From positions 21,638,001 through 21,702,000 of the forward strand of contig CM106585.1 in NCBI GenBank assembly GCA_048013815.1: DNA of 64,000 nt. Direction: 5' to 3'. Made by a program: the position numbers and the translations under genes. The notes under the pieces were generated by a model. That model was not told the DNA's origin. It saw only the letters and a program-made list of their open reading frames with translations, and did not search any database. Position 1 is the first letter of the stretch; every line of letters starts with the position of its first letter. Below, piece after piece: positions 26,731 through 38,744 of the stretch. This DNA comes from Setoptus koraiensis (taxonomy: Eukaryota; Animalia; Arthropoda).

Positions 26731-29700
26731 TTGGCGTGTTGCTGGCGCTGAGCTGGATGCGATTGAGGATTGTGATTGTTTTCGGCCGGATGATATTTTA
26801 TCCGATCATATATGCACTCACTATTTTATACGCAACTATGTGTAATCTCTCTCTCTCTCTCTAAAGAGGTAAGCTCGCTCTCCGTGGAATGAGTGCGCTG
26901 GCAGCAAGCAAAAATTCAATCACTACTATTGATGACTGCGCACTGCTTGCCAGATTGCGGATGATGGATGGTGGTTGTGTGATGCTGCGATGATCGCGCT
27001 CCGACGATGTTGTGATTTGCACTGCTACACTTGGCCGCCTAGATATATAAATATATATATACCGGCTGTGCCAAATAAATGATGAATAATAACGAAAATG
27101 AATAAAATCGATGCGGCCGGGCCAATCGCTTGCGCACTGTGTATCGGTGTGCCCAATGTTGTTGGCGTAATAATTAACAATTGCCAGCCTCTCGGATGCC
27201 AGCCTCTGGTTTGCAGTGCGCACCCCGAACACACACACTCACTGTCGCTGTCGCTGATGATGAAAATTTTCAGGTGAATCGCTGTGTCTCTCACCTGTGT
27301 CTCGTCTGTCTCACTGTCGCACTGTGTGTATCGTCTATCTCATCGCGTTGTATCTCGGACTGTCGCAATACTGACTGCATAGGTGCCTATTGTTGACTGG
27401 CCACTGTAGCTGCAGAAGAAAAAAACTCGCTTGCCAGCCACTTTGTGCAGTTCGGGCATGTGAGCTGCTTTGTGCCTGCGTGAAGAGCCCGCTCTGAGTC
27501 GGCCAGGCAGAGTTGCGCACAAAGTCAATCCTGACAGTCGCTTCTTCTTCTTCGTCTTCTTCTTGTTCCACTGGCGCCGGCTTGCCCATTCACCTGTTCA
27601 TGGACAAGTTTCCACGCACACTCTTATCATAGAACTACACACGCCGACACTCTCAACGGAGACGACAGAGCCTTGCACCGTCTCGGCTGCACCGTCTTGC
27701 CCGCACCGTGCAGTGGTGCCAGCGCAGCCGGCGCATCTAGCGAGCAGCAGCAGTGTCCTGTTGCAGTGTGCGGTGGTCGTCCGCCCCCAACTTGCAGCGA
27801 GTGCCATTGTTGTCGCTTCCATAATACTGTGCAGTGGCCAACAGTTGACTGGTGTGTTGCTGTTGTTGTTGTTGGTGCGGCAGCGTCGTCGGTAGAGCCA
27901 AACGCTGACCCCAAATGATTGGCAGTCGCACAACAAATGGCCTATGCGCCAGCTCGACGACAGCACTGCCACAGGGACCGTTCCAGTGAGCCGGCCAGCA
28001 ACGACAACGGCGGCAACGACAACAGCAGCAGTCGCTGTTGTTGTTGTGTGAGCTCGCTGAATGCATGTGAGATAATTGTCACTGGCTGCTACATTTGTTG
28101 CCTTGCGCGCTCCTGCCTCGACTATTTCGAGCCAGCCACCGAGCCTGGCACCGGCAACGACAACAGCGCCGCCGACGACAACAACAGCACTGCCGACGAC
28201 AACAGCGGCGGCACCGGCAGCAACAGCAGCCAACAACGACAGCCAACGACATCAGGCAACAACGACAACAGGCAACAGCAGCAGCCAACAACGACAAGCG
28301 CGCACAGCTCGCTAGCCAATATGGCTCGCTATGTGTGTACAAGTGGCGCCACTCAACTGGTTGTTCGCAGGCCGCCACTGACTGCCACTGGCGCCGTCAC
28401 ACACACAAAGTCGGACGATGCATCAACAACAACAACACCGGCCACAGTAATTATATCTGGCCTGAGCCAATGTGTGTGTGTCACTGTCCGTTCCCGCGAC
28501 ACGGCCAGCCTAAGCCAAGTGATAATGGCCCGGCGAGCCACACAACAAGCTCACCTGGTCGTCATAATGGCTGTCGCTGGCTGGCATTGGTTAGACTTAT
28601 CGGATTGGCTAATATTGGCTAATATCGTGGCTAATGCGCCTAATTCTCTATTCGCGACCACTCACAACTGTTGGCCTGTGTTAGCTGGTGCCACTGACGT
28701 AACTGCATGCATGACGATGTTTGTGTGCGATGTTCGCGTACGATGCGTTTGCGTATAATGTCGGCCACCCAGCCGCCCACAGAGTGGCCATTGTGCGCCC
28801 GTTGTGAGTGGGTGCCGCACCAACAATAGCAACAACGCAACAACAACAACAACGACAACGACGACAACAGCAGCACCGGTCAACTGCTGGTGAGTGGCGG
28901 CATTATGTACTGGCGACATGGCGGCGCCAACAACAACAATTGGCAATTGTTGTTGCTCATTTGCGCGCACTGTGCCCATCGCTGCACGCCGATCAAAGCC
29001 AATCTAGCCAATCAAAGCTCGCAGGCTGGCAAGCGATGATATGATATAACAACATGACAAACTCACCGTCATGTTGTGCGCCCTCTTTTCCTGATCGCAC
29101 ACACTGATCGCACACACTGGCCGCACACAGACGAATCGCTGATGAGTCCGGCATTCGGATAATCGAATGAACGCCATTGATAAACTTGATACCATCAATC
29201 GGATAGCTAGCGGCAGCGCGACAAACTGCTGGTATCGGCTGATACCAACAGCGGCAGCAAGTGACAGTCATCGGAGTGGTCATCGCAACGCATCTACCTG
29301 TTACATATCACTGGCGCTGTCACTGCTGCCAAGTCCTGTCAGGTGTTGCTGTTGCAGTGTGGCCGCTCGGGCCGCTCGCATTCATCAGGTAGCTTACAAC
29401 TTGTTAGTGGATTGGTCGGCTGGCTGGTGTTTAGTTTTAGGGCTGACCGATTGACTCGCTCGGGCTATTCGTTTGGTTATGGGGCATACAAGTTGCATAA
29501 GCCAGCTGACACATTGTGAGTTACAAGGGCACAGACGGACAGTCGCATTTGCATCGATGCGATATCGACCTGAACACACCTGTAACTTACAGGCCGTAAG
29601 AGGCGCCTAATGACAAGTGCTGCGAGTGAGCTGTCAGTTGCAGCGACTTAAGTCTGACTGACAGTCACTGATCAGCTGTTAGCTGTTACTGTCAGCTCAA

Positions 29701-30338
29701 CACAGTGATGGGACGGCACGGCAATGCACGCTAATGCAACGTGAGCCAATGCAAAGTGAGCCAATGTTAAGCAAGCTAATGGGATGGCGGAAAGAGGATG
29801 CCCGATTGTTTGACAGACACACAAGAGTGTTACATCATGCAAGTTACGTGTGTGTGCGATAAGAGGAGCGTTGTGTTGCGTTGTTCACTTCATTAGTCAG
29901 TGTCCACTTGAGAAGCATACAAACACACACACTTGTTACACATGATGCGGCCCAATCACCATTCATCATCATGACAATCATGACGATCATCAGACAAGGA
30001 CAGTTTGTTATTAGTTGCATAACAAATAGTTACCATCTGTTATTATATAATTATTTGTTATATAACAAATAGTTACATAACAGATAGTTACATAACAGTG
30101 TTTGGTGTGAGCGAAGACACTTGTTCCCAATTGCAATTGGGTTGTGATATTTGGCGAGACACAAAATTGATTGCCATTGCCATCATACATGCATTGAGTG
30201 TGTTATCCATTAGTGAGCCAATTGCTGATAGAATAGTTAGTGCATGCAACTACCATTAACAATGCACATGATGGCTGCAAGCTGCATTGCTGGTCAGCGC
30301 AACAGCGTCAAACAGCTCAGGCCGACACATTTACATCT

Positions 30339-30413
30339 AGATGAAGCCAGATGAAGCCAGATGAAGCCAGATGAAGCCAGATAGTGGCAGATAGTGCCAG
30401 ATAGGGCGAGATA
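30339..30413. repeat. 10-bp tandem repeat (AGATGAAGCC x4 plus degenerate units)
   Basis: Direct reading. Confidence 0.9.
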
Positions 30414-31269
30414 AAAAATGACGCCAGCACCACCAAACGCTTGTTAAGCAAATCAACCACTTAGCTGGACAACACTTGGCCACTTCCGCCGGCAACAGTT
30501 GTGCACAGGTCGCAACAGTCGGCCTGACAGGCCTGACTGTTCAACAGTCACTGTTGAGAACTGTGCGATGCAGCAGCAACAACAACAATTGCTGGCCAGC
30601 TCACTCACTTCCTGCTCGCAAGTGGCCAGTTCTTTTGGCCAGCGTTGTTGTTGTTTACACTTAACCTAATATTTGTACTGCTGGCGCTGCTCTGTCAGTT
30701 GTGTCATTTGTATCAGCTGTTGTGTCATTTATATCAGCTGTTGTGTCGGCCGTATCAGCTGTTATAACGGCTGTTGTAACGGATGTTGTGTCGGCTGTAT
30801 GACTCATACAGTATGAGTGAGCTGTTAGAAAGAGTTTGCATGAGCTTGCGAGAACTTGTATCGGCTGTTCACTTTCTCCTCACACAAGCCGTTGTTTGTT
30901 GTTGCAAGTGACTCGATACGGTCGCCGAGGACGCGTCGCTAGCGCCGTCCAATTATTACATAATAGTTGCTGTTGTATTAATAATAACAATATTAAGATA
31001 TTATCTTGGCGCGCTGTGAAGAGCACACTCGATTGAGCACATCGATTCGACAGCAAGTCGATGGCGGCTATTGGACTCGCATCTACAATGTGAGATGCCT
31101 TATTGAGATTGAGCTAACAAACACAAACAAGCTGATACAAACGAGCTAATAAAGCTGCTGTCAGTTACACGCTTACCGTTATTTGGTTAGCTGTTAGTGT
31201 TGCTGTCAGCAGCTGACTAACTAACATTGGCCAATAATAGCTGTTAAGTGTGTAGGCCCGTTGGAAAAC

Positions 31270-31325
31270 TTTCTCATTGCTCATCATTGGCTGTCACTGC
31301 TCATCATTGGCTGTCGTTGCTCATC
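31270..31325. repeat. 20-bp tandem repeat (GCTCATCATTGGCTGTCRYT x~3)
   Basis: Direct reading. Confidence 0.85.
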
Positions 31326-32839
31326 ATTGGCTGTCGTTGCTGTCATCACAGAGCTGCTGTTACCTGTGGTGTCAGCGATGACATCGCATGCAGTGTGTTC
31401 ACATGGCTGACAGCTGGCTCGTCGGTGTGTGTATTTACTAAATACTATTTAGGTATTTACGAATGTTGGCCCACGGTGAGCCCGCTTGTTGGCTGCCTAC
31501 TCACAACTGCACTTTTGATCGGCAATTGCGATATGTAGTTTCGATTGGAATGGCCAGTCATTCGCCCATTTATTGGCGCTCTCGGTCGCTTACTGGCCGC
31601 TTGCCGGTCGCCGGCATCGCTCAGCATCTTGATGCATCGTGAAGCCAGAGAAGCCAAAGAAGCCAGCGAAGCCGGCCAACTGGCCAGTGAAAGCGACTGC
31701 CCAACTCGGTGCAGCCAACTACTCACAACTCCTAGCGGCGTCTTAATGAGACATAACCGATTGGTTGCCTTCGGTGATCTATGATCGCGGATGACAGATC
31801 ATTGAGCTGTGTATGAGCCGCGCAAGACAATGCACCCACTTTGTTTGTCTCCATTACACGCTTGCTGTCGGCCAGTGTTGTCAGTGTTGCCTGTGTCGTC
31901 GCTGTTGCAGCAAGCGGCTCCCGAGCGGCCACAACAACTGCGACTCATGGGTGAGTGACCTGCGCTGCATCTGTCATCTATCTCACAATCTCACTATCTC
32001 AGATCTCAGTATCTGGCTGGCGCTGCATCTCACTGGCGCCCTATCTGGCTGCCAATGCGCTCGCCAGTGTTTGCGCAAAGTGCTGTCGTCATCACTTGTC
32101 AGCGAGTCGCCCTTGTGAGACTAGTAGCCAGCAACAACAACAAGCTACCTGTCGTATGTCAACTGGCCAACGTCAACTGAAAACGCTGAATAAACGTCTG
32201 GATCAATAAATCACTTTTGGGCACAATTACTGTACCGGCGCAATTTTGCTCTGTATGCACTGCATTACAGTGCCGGTACAGTATTGAGTCAATACTATTG
32301 AGTGCTCACAATTATCAGTCAATATGCTCACCTGAGCAGCTCATGTAATATCATGTAATAATGCAGTCGCAATTGTGATGCCATGCATGCCAATAGTTTG
32401 CCAGCAAGTGCAATTACTGTACAATTTTTGCATTGTTGCAGCATTATCCAGCCAGCGAATGTATATTAGCTATAGTCACTATAGTTCGCTGGCCAATAGT
32501 CGCCAGTTGGGCACAACTAGCGACTATCATCAGCTTGCGTATAACACACATACACTGCTCACACTTATGTAACATCATGATTAATATGATGCAGTTGCGC
32601 ATAATGCCATGTCTGACAGTCTACTATTTCACGGTGTACATTTCTTTGTAACGGTATCAGCAGACGTAACAATCAGCATATGCAACATTGTTATTGTTGT
32701 TGCAGTTGTTGTTGTTGTTGTTGTTGTCGTTGTTGTTGTTGTTTTGTTTGACACTCTCTAATTCACTCACGAGTGCCGCTGACAAGTGAGCGAATTACTC
32801 GCATCGCTTGTTGTGTTTGTGTGTGTGCCTGTGCAATAC

Positions 32840-32914
32840 CGGTACAATAACGGTACAATAACGGTACAATAACGGTGCAATAACGGTACAATAACGGTAC
32901 AATAGCGGCAATAA
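32840..32914. repeat. 11-bp tandem repeat (CGGTACAATAA x~6)
   Basis: Direct reading. Confidence 0.9.
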
Positions 32915-34948
32915 TTACAAATAATGATAGTACCGGTAATAAAAATCAGATGCAGAGATGAAGAAAACAATTGGTAATTCACAATTGTCCGTTAGTCACA
33001 ACAACAACAACAACAACAACAATTAATTATGCAGCAGTAAATCTCACACAAGCACAGTGGCAGGCGCACAATGTTGTGACTGGCGCTTGTGATTAACGGT
33101 TGTGTCACTGGCGCTTGTGACAACTCAATTAGGTCGCTCCGATGCAAATTAGCTTGTCGCATCACTCACCTGTTGCCCATGCGCTGCTTTAATGACACCT
33201 TTACACTTGCCAGACTCTACACTGCAGAGTCCATTCTATGCACTCTACAGCATGCACTCTACGGCACTCCCTATAGAGTATAGAGTTTGGCAAGCTCATG
33301 CTGCTTGTGCTCACATGATGATATCATAATGACAGTGGCATGATCATACTATGTCATACTATAGCGATATATTGATATATTATACTGCTCAATTTAGATT
33401 GGCGCTATTTCAACTATGCTGTCATGACCCAGGAGACAGTCACCTCAACGGTCGCTGCATTGTGGCCCATTGACAATGGTCACTCAGTCACTCTTATTAT
33501 GCTCGCTCACTGCATGCTCGCCAGCAACGGTAAAATGGTTACGTAAACACAGCGTCGTCGGCGTCGTCGTATTTTACGGCAACGTCAACTAACAGCTCGC
33601 CGCTGTCGTGTGATGCTGCTTGTGAGCTGCTGTCATGTCGATGCAGTGTTGCATGCCATTGCAACAAAACCATTTATCTATTCTCGGTGCACATCAATTG
33701 ACAACAATTACTCTCTATATAAATACTCTCCGCTGCATTATACATATGCTAGTGATACCAGTGATACTATGATATTATGATTGTATGACAATGCTCAATC
33801 AATAGCGACTTCAATCAATGGTAACAGTGACGCAACAGCAAAGCTGTCAACAGCGGCACCTGAGAAACAAGGTGACTGTTGTTTGTGGTTTAATTCAATT
33901 GATAATTTATAACAGCAGTCAATTGCATGCTGCAGACCCAGTGCAAACAATGACGCAACCCATGATGCAACAAACAGCTCGACTCATCACTGCACAATCG
34001 CTGGCCACTCACTGGCTGAACAAGTGTACTGTGCAACTGTCTGCAGTAGTCGACTCACGGTGAGTCGATGAATGACACTTGTTGCAGCGTTGCAGTGTTG
34101 CATTGGTGCATTGTTGTGCGCCGGCGCTGTTGCCGTTATGCGAGCCGCTGCTCGATGAAGTTGCTCAGGTGATTCTGTGCCTCTGTTTGCGACATATGCG
34201 AATGTCCACTGGCTGACTTAGTCAGTGACTGACCGACTGACTGACTGACTGACTCACACTGATCAACTCGATCATCACACAAACACACGAACAAACAAAG
34301 GCTTGTCGCACCACCGCTACCTGGCACCACCAAACAGCAACCAACAAACACCAAACTGTTGCATAACTATTGCATAAACTCTCGCACAGACTCTCGCACA
34401 GACCCTCGCACAAACTATCGAGTAGCGAGTTTGGTGTCGACTGGTCGACAGGTACTGCACAGGCTGCTGCAACCAAATATACATAGGTTATGACGGCTAC
34501 GGCGATGTGCATGCAACCCAAACAATCTGCGCATCTCATTCAGTGGGCCACAGTGAGACAATGGCCACTGGTGGGCAACAATTGGCAATTGTCTCGCTTC
34601 ACCGGGTGCTCAACACGCCGCAATTTAAATCCCTTCACTTACTAAATCTTTGAATCTCCGCTCACCGAATCGCCGCTCACTAGAGCTTGCTCGCTCTGCC
34701 TAGACAATATACCCGAGATGATATATCGCGGATAATGTATCTCTGATAATGGATACAGATGCGAGAGGCCTCCAGAATGCAGTCGCGAATGCAGAGTGCG
34801 CTGTAAGATGTGCCAGAGTACAACGTTTTTGTGGATCTCACAGACTACTCTGCCGCATTTTTCAATGCGGCAGTCTTATTTATTGATAACATATCGCGGG
34901 TGTTCCATCGAACAGTGACCCACTCCGATTTTCTTCAAACTCAACACA

Positions 34949-35365
34949 GGGGCCCCGAAGGGGCCCCAAAAAACAAATAAAGTGGTCCGGAGGTGCGGAA
35001 ATTCTTACTTCCGGAGATATGGAAAAATGCATTTTTTGGGCCTCAGAGGGGCCCCAGACCAAAAATTTTCGCATGATTGTATAGATCTCAACGATGTCTC
35101 CGTAGTTCAGTTGAATTTAGTCTCATAGAGCATCCAAACCCCCAGATAATAAACTTCAATTCTATGAACCACTTCCGGTCTACGTGATTGTAGACTTATC
35201 GAACATCGTACGACTCTCCGTGTGTCGGGCACGCATTTGCATCATTTCTGGTGTTCGGGTGTGTGACAATTACTCGGCCGAAGGCCGGGGTTGTCGGTTC
35301 GAGCGAGGGTTGAGGGCGAAGCCCTCAACCCGAAGCGAGGCAAGCTTGCGAGGCCGAAGGCCGAG
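34949..35365 (+). repeat. Cluster of GC-rich hairpins with GAA triloops
   Basis: GGGGCCCC-GAA-GGGGCCCC (34949-34967), CGGCC-GAA-GGCCG (~35275-35287), GGGTTGAGGGC-GAA-GCCCTCAACCC (35307-35331), GGCC-GAA-GGCC (~35352-35362). Confidence 0.85.
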
Positions 35366-35709
35366 TCGGTAAAGATCGAAAGAGGGCCAGTATAGATGGA
35401 AGGTTGAGTAGCGAAGTAAATTAGTAATAACAAGTTATACTGATTATACCAGTATAAGAGCGCTTAATTTTTCCAGTGAACAATCTTAGAGGTTTGGACA
35501 GTTTATTAAGAAGTGATAAGTGCTAGCTGTCTCTAGAAAGTTTCAAGAATTTATCCTGGTGAGAACAGTTTCGAAAATCGCACATAATGTATGGGCACAT
35601 GTGATCAGAAATCACATGTATTGAATGAGCTAACATGATCCAGAATTGCCTATAGCGCCAATACTAGAAACAGAAAATTGATAAGACTTGCACAGATCGT
35701 GTATAGCAT

Positions 35710-36070
35710 CGATCCACCTCCTCACAATACATTAACCTCTGCATGAGCCCGAGACTTAAAATTCAATCCACCTCCCTGAAATGTGTGTTTGGGAGGTGGA
35801 CGAACCTTCGAGTCTCAAACTTGTATGTAGGTTGTTGCATGCTCAGGAGGTGAACTTATTGTTTAAGCTCAAGCTAGTCCACCTCCCAAGCATGAGTCGC
35901 CCCACGCTATTTCGAGTAGCTAAACCTATCTCGTTATAGCTTCGGTCCACCTCCTGACTAGACATGAGCCCGAGACTCAAAATTCAATCCACCTCCCTAG
36001 TAAATGTGTAATTGGGAGGTGGACGAACTTTCGAATCTCAAGCTTGAGTGTACCTCCCACCTCCCAAGCA
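35710..36070. repeat. Array of CACCTCC/GGAGGTG motifs with a ~90-bp direct repeat (offset ~231 bp) containing internal palindromes
   Basis: Forward motif at 35713, 35767, 35878, 35946, 35988, 36057; reverse at 35791, 35846, 36014. Segment 35732-35823 is repeated at ~35963-36046. Confidence 0.85.
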
Positions 36071-36122
36071 CATTTCAGCCTACACACTCACTAAGCACTG
36101 ATTATGCTAGTGCTAATGTATG

Positions 36123-36330
36123 CAAGCACACAGCACGTGACTCTATAGATCGAAAACTGTGAATATCCCCAATAAATCGGTACGTGGATATTCACTGGCA
36201 TACAAAGTCGGAGTATTCACAAGCACACAGCGCGTGAATCACCATAGCACAATTGGTGAATATCCTATGAAATGCACGAATTAAGTATCCACCATCATAC
36301 CGTGCGTGGATATTCATGCGTGATCTTCAG
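36123..36330. repeat. Two ~97-bp units with inverted GTGAATATCC/GGATATTCAC motifs
   Basis: AAGCACACAGCNCGTGA at ~36124 and ~36221; GTGAATATCC at 36159 and 36256; GGATATTCA at 36186 and 36308. Confidence 0.8.
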
Positions 36331-36789
36331 GATCCCACAGCACTACATCATAAGCCCTTAATTAAAATTAAGCGCTAAAAAGTGGGTATGAATCCCTCCA
36401 TTCTTTTTTCAACGATAGTGCACGCGCTAGGACTCGGTGGGTGGTCTGAATAACTGCGGGCGCAGATTCGATCCGCGCCGCGCTCATTGGTCACGCCTCT
36501 TTAGTTTTACCGCTTTTATTCTATTCCTGTGGCCTCTAAGTATGATCTGCCTTCGGTATGGAGGAGCGAATACACTACCGGATGTTCGTGCGTGTAGGTA
36601 TGGCCGATAATTCCCTTCACTTAACCCTCAAATACCTTGAAATACCCACAATGCGGAACCTCGGCTATCTCGGGAACGAAGAATTTCCTCACTTCCGGAA
36701 TACCCGTTCGGGTATCAGGGTACAATACGCTACCCAAAAATACCCAAAATACCCAAATCGGGGTGGGTCATTGTTCGATGGAACAACCG

Positions 36790-36983
36790 ATGACTTTTAT
36801 TACAAAGTGCAGTGGGGCGGTAAATAGGTGTCGTGGGAGCCTCTCGAAAATCTCTTGCCAGATTGTGCTCAGTTGGTGCACAATTATCACCTACAGAAGA
36901 CAAAAAATCGCGAAAGCCCAATAACGGCCGAGCAACCTAAGGTCGGCCAAACTATACGAGCCTCCCGAGCCTCAGCGCGATGA
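36790..36983 (+). pseudogene. Chromodomain pseudogene (C-terminal half, internal TAG)
   Basis: Translates DDFYYKVQWGGK*VSWEPLENLLPDCAQLVHNYHLQK (YxVxW, SWEPxENL). The N-terminal half is replaced by repeat-derived sequence. Confidence 0.6.
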
Positions 36984-37290
36984 TTGCGCATCCATTGGAG
37001 ATGTCGTCGCGCCGTATATTCTTGGAGCATCGGTGGACGCTCTTCGGGATGTTCCGGATCCCGCGCAAAGTTGTTATTATGAACCCAAGTTGGTTCCTCG
37101 TATCCCTCCCAACGGACGAGATATTCAATATTTTCGGCTGCTCCGACTCGGCGGTGGTCAAGTATCTCCGCGACCACATATTCTTCTTCTTCCTCGAATA
37201 TGAATTCGGGAGTGGCTGGCCGAGTGGGTGAGGGTCTACCTAACCAGACAATGGCCCATGTATATATGTCACGGCGGCATACACCCGTGT
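36887..37290 (-). pseudogene. Truncated RING-chromodomain paralogue (end of RING, linker, chromodomain)
   Basis: VCRRDIYTWAIVWLGRPSPTRPATPEFIFEEEEEYVVAEILDHRRVGAAENIEYLVRWEGYEEPTWVHNNNFAR...WMRNHRAEAREAR aligns collinearly with ORF 40243-40989. The 5' end is cut by the foldback at 37291. Confidence 0.75.
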
Positions 37291-37409
37291 CAGTAAATAT
37301 TTGGACGGTGGGAAAAAATTAATACCTCTCCCCTGAGCGCAGAACATCGAAAGACCAGAACTGCGCGCGGGGTAGGCATTATTTTTTTCCACCGTCCAAA
37401 TACTTACTG
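37291..37409. mobile_element. 119-bp foldback/MITE-like element
   Basis: ~36-bp terminal inverted repeats CAGTAA(A/G)TATTTGGACGGTGG(G/A)AAAAAA..., reminiscent of Tc1-type TIR sequence. No TA TSD seen. Confidence 0.7.
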
Positions 37410-37544
37410 ACGCGAGCGTGTTATGCGACGGCGTAGCACCTCCCTCCAACAGACTCCACCTCCCATTTATCTCACTCCTTTGTACTGCATAATAAATAAA
37501 TAAAGGCCAGTATTGTATTGGCATTAAAGGTAAAAGCATGTCTC

Positions 37545-37716
37545 GCTATACTTTCTGACCTAACAAGAGTATGTGGCAGAGCGGGACATGGGCATTGCTG
37601 TGCAGTGTCAAGTGGGAGATCATGCAAGGCTGACACGCCTCATGTAGACATGGCGTGGTAACCTTGATGTCATCTAGACATTGGTCATCCAAGCAAATTG
37701 GGCGATAAAAAACCAT
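37545..37716 (-). pseudogene. Degenerate RING-finger fragment paralogous to the N-terminus of ORF 40243-40989
   Basis: MVFY(R)PICLDDQCLDDIKVTTPCLHEACQPCM...(V)PLCH versus MCFDDLMVTTPCGHIACQPCM. First and seventh ligand codons are mutated. Confidence 0.6.
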
Positions 37717-37810
37717 TGTGTTGGCAGTGTCGGAATTAATAATAATAGATGTTTATTTAACTTTAAAAATAGCAAGAATGAACAAAAAGAGTGAAAGTAG
37801 CGAACAAAGT

Positions 37811-38744
37811 GGGGCTGTTGTAGCGAACTGGGCGTAGTTCCGATCAGGGTATTTTGGGTATTTTTGGGTAGGGTCTAGTGCCCTGATACCCGAATGGGTA
37901 TTTATAAGATGTAGAAATTTACGGTTGTCGAGTTACCCGAGGTACCGCTCAGTGGGCGTTTTGAGGTACCCGACGACCGCTAGCGGTTCCCACTGCTTTT
38001 TTTTGAAGGTATTTTAGTACAGCCAGGTACAGACAAGTATAATAATCTCAGAAATTGTATACCGGAAGTGTGAAAATGAACCCGATGTGCGATACTGCGA
38101 TTTACCCGGGTATTTCGGGTATCCGAGTATGCAATAGGCTACGCGAGGGTAATAATCACAACCGCTTGAATGCGGCATGACCGTTGCGGGTAGCACGAGG
38201 TACGCGGGGTACCCATGCTCACTTGTGTATAATAGACAATAGCCCTTCCGTCTGCCATGCAGCTTGGGCGCGGGCCGGAGGAGGGGTTCGGCCTCCAGTC
38301 GTCCACGCCTTCGGCCTGCGGCCTCCGGCGGGACGACTGACGGCCACCTAACTAAAAAAGATTCTTCCCGAGGACTGGGGGTCGAGTGGGCGGGGCCCGT
38401 GATCGGGCCGGGTTTCGACCAATTATGTGCTCAATTAACCTTGCTCTAGCCAGCTAGGCTTAGGGTTCGCGCAAGCACCGTCTGAATACGTTAATCTGCA
38501 TGAAATTCCTAAATATCTCTGCAACCGGAAGTTATAGAAATTCGAAATCTATCTCATTGGACTAGGTGTGGTCGAATATACCGACATACTAAGTTTCAAG
38601 TTTCTAGCTTGAAGCCGAGGCCTAAACCGAAAGCAATGGTTTCTACACTTCCGGTCCAAAAAATTTTTCATCAGGGACCTCCAAGGTACTCACACTGTGA
38701 GTTTCGTCGCGATCTGAACTACGCCCAGTTCGCTACAACACCCC
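37811..38744. mobile_element. ~934-bp non-autonomous TIR element with 5-bp TSD (AAAGT)
   Basis: TIRs GGGG(C)TGTTGTAGCGAACTGGGCGTAGTTC(C/A)GATC at 37811-37845 and 38711-38744 (25-bp perfect core). AAAGT flanks both ends (37806-37810, 38745-38749). Confidence 0.8.

Noticed and set aside
27915-27965. SSWRIGHLLCD resembling the class A GPCR ECL1-TM3 motif
   Set aside because: Not followed by a TM3 or DRY motif, and no other TM exons were found; likely chance.
26595-28760. Many overlapping 60-280 aa ORFs rich in C, L, V, T or Q
   Set aside because: Explained by (CAA/CAG/TTG)n microsatellites that are open in several frames on both strands.
35710-36330. Repeat-spacer-like arrangement suggestive of a CRISPR array
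   Set aside because: Eukaryotic context, repeats of only 7-10 bp in both orientations, irregular spacing and no cas genes.
36421-36490. GATTCGATCC resembling a tRNA/SINE B-box
   Set aside because: No cloverleaf and no convincing A-box.
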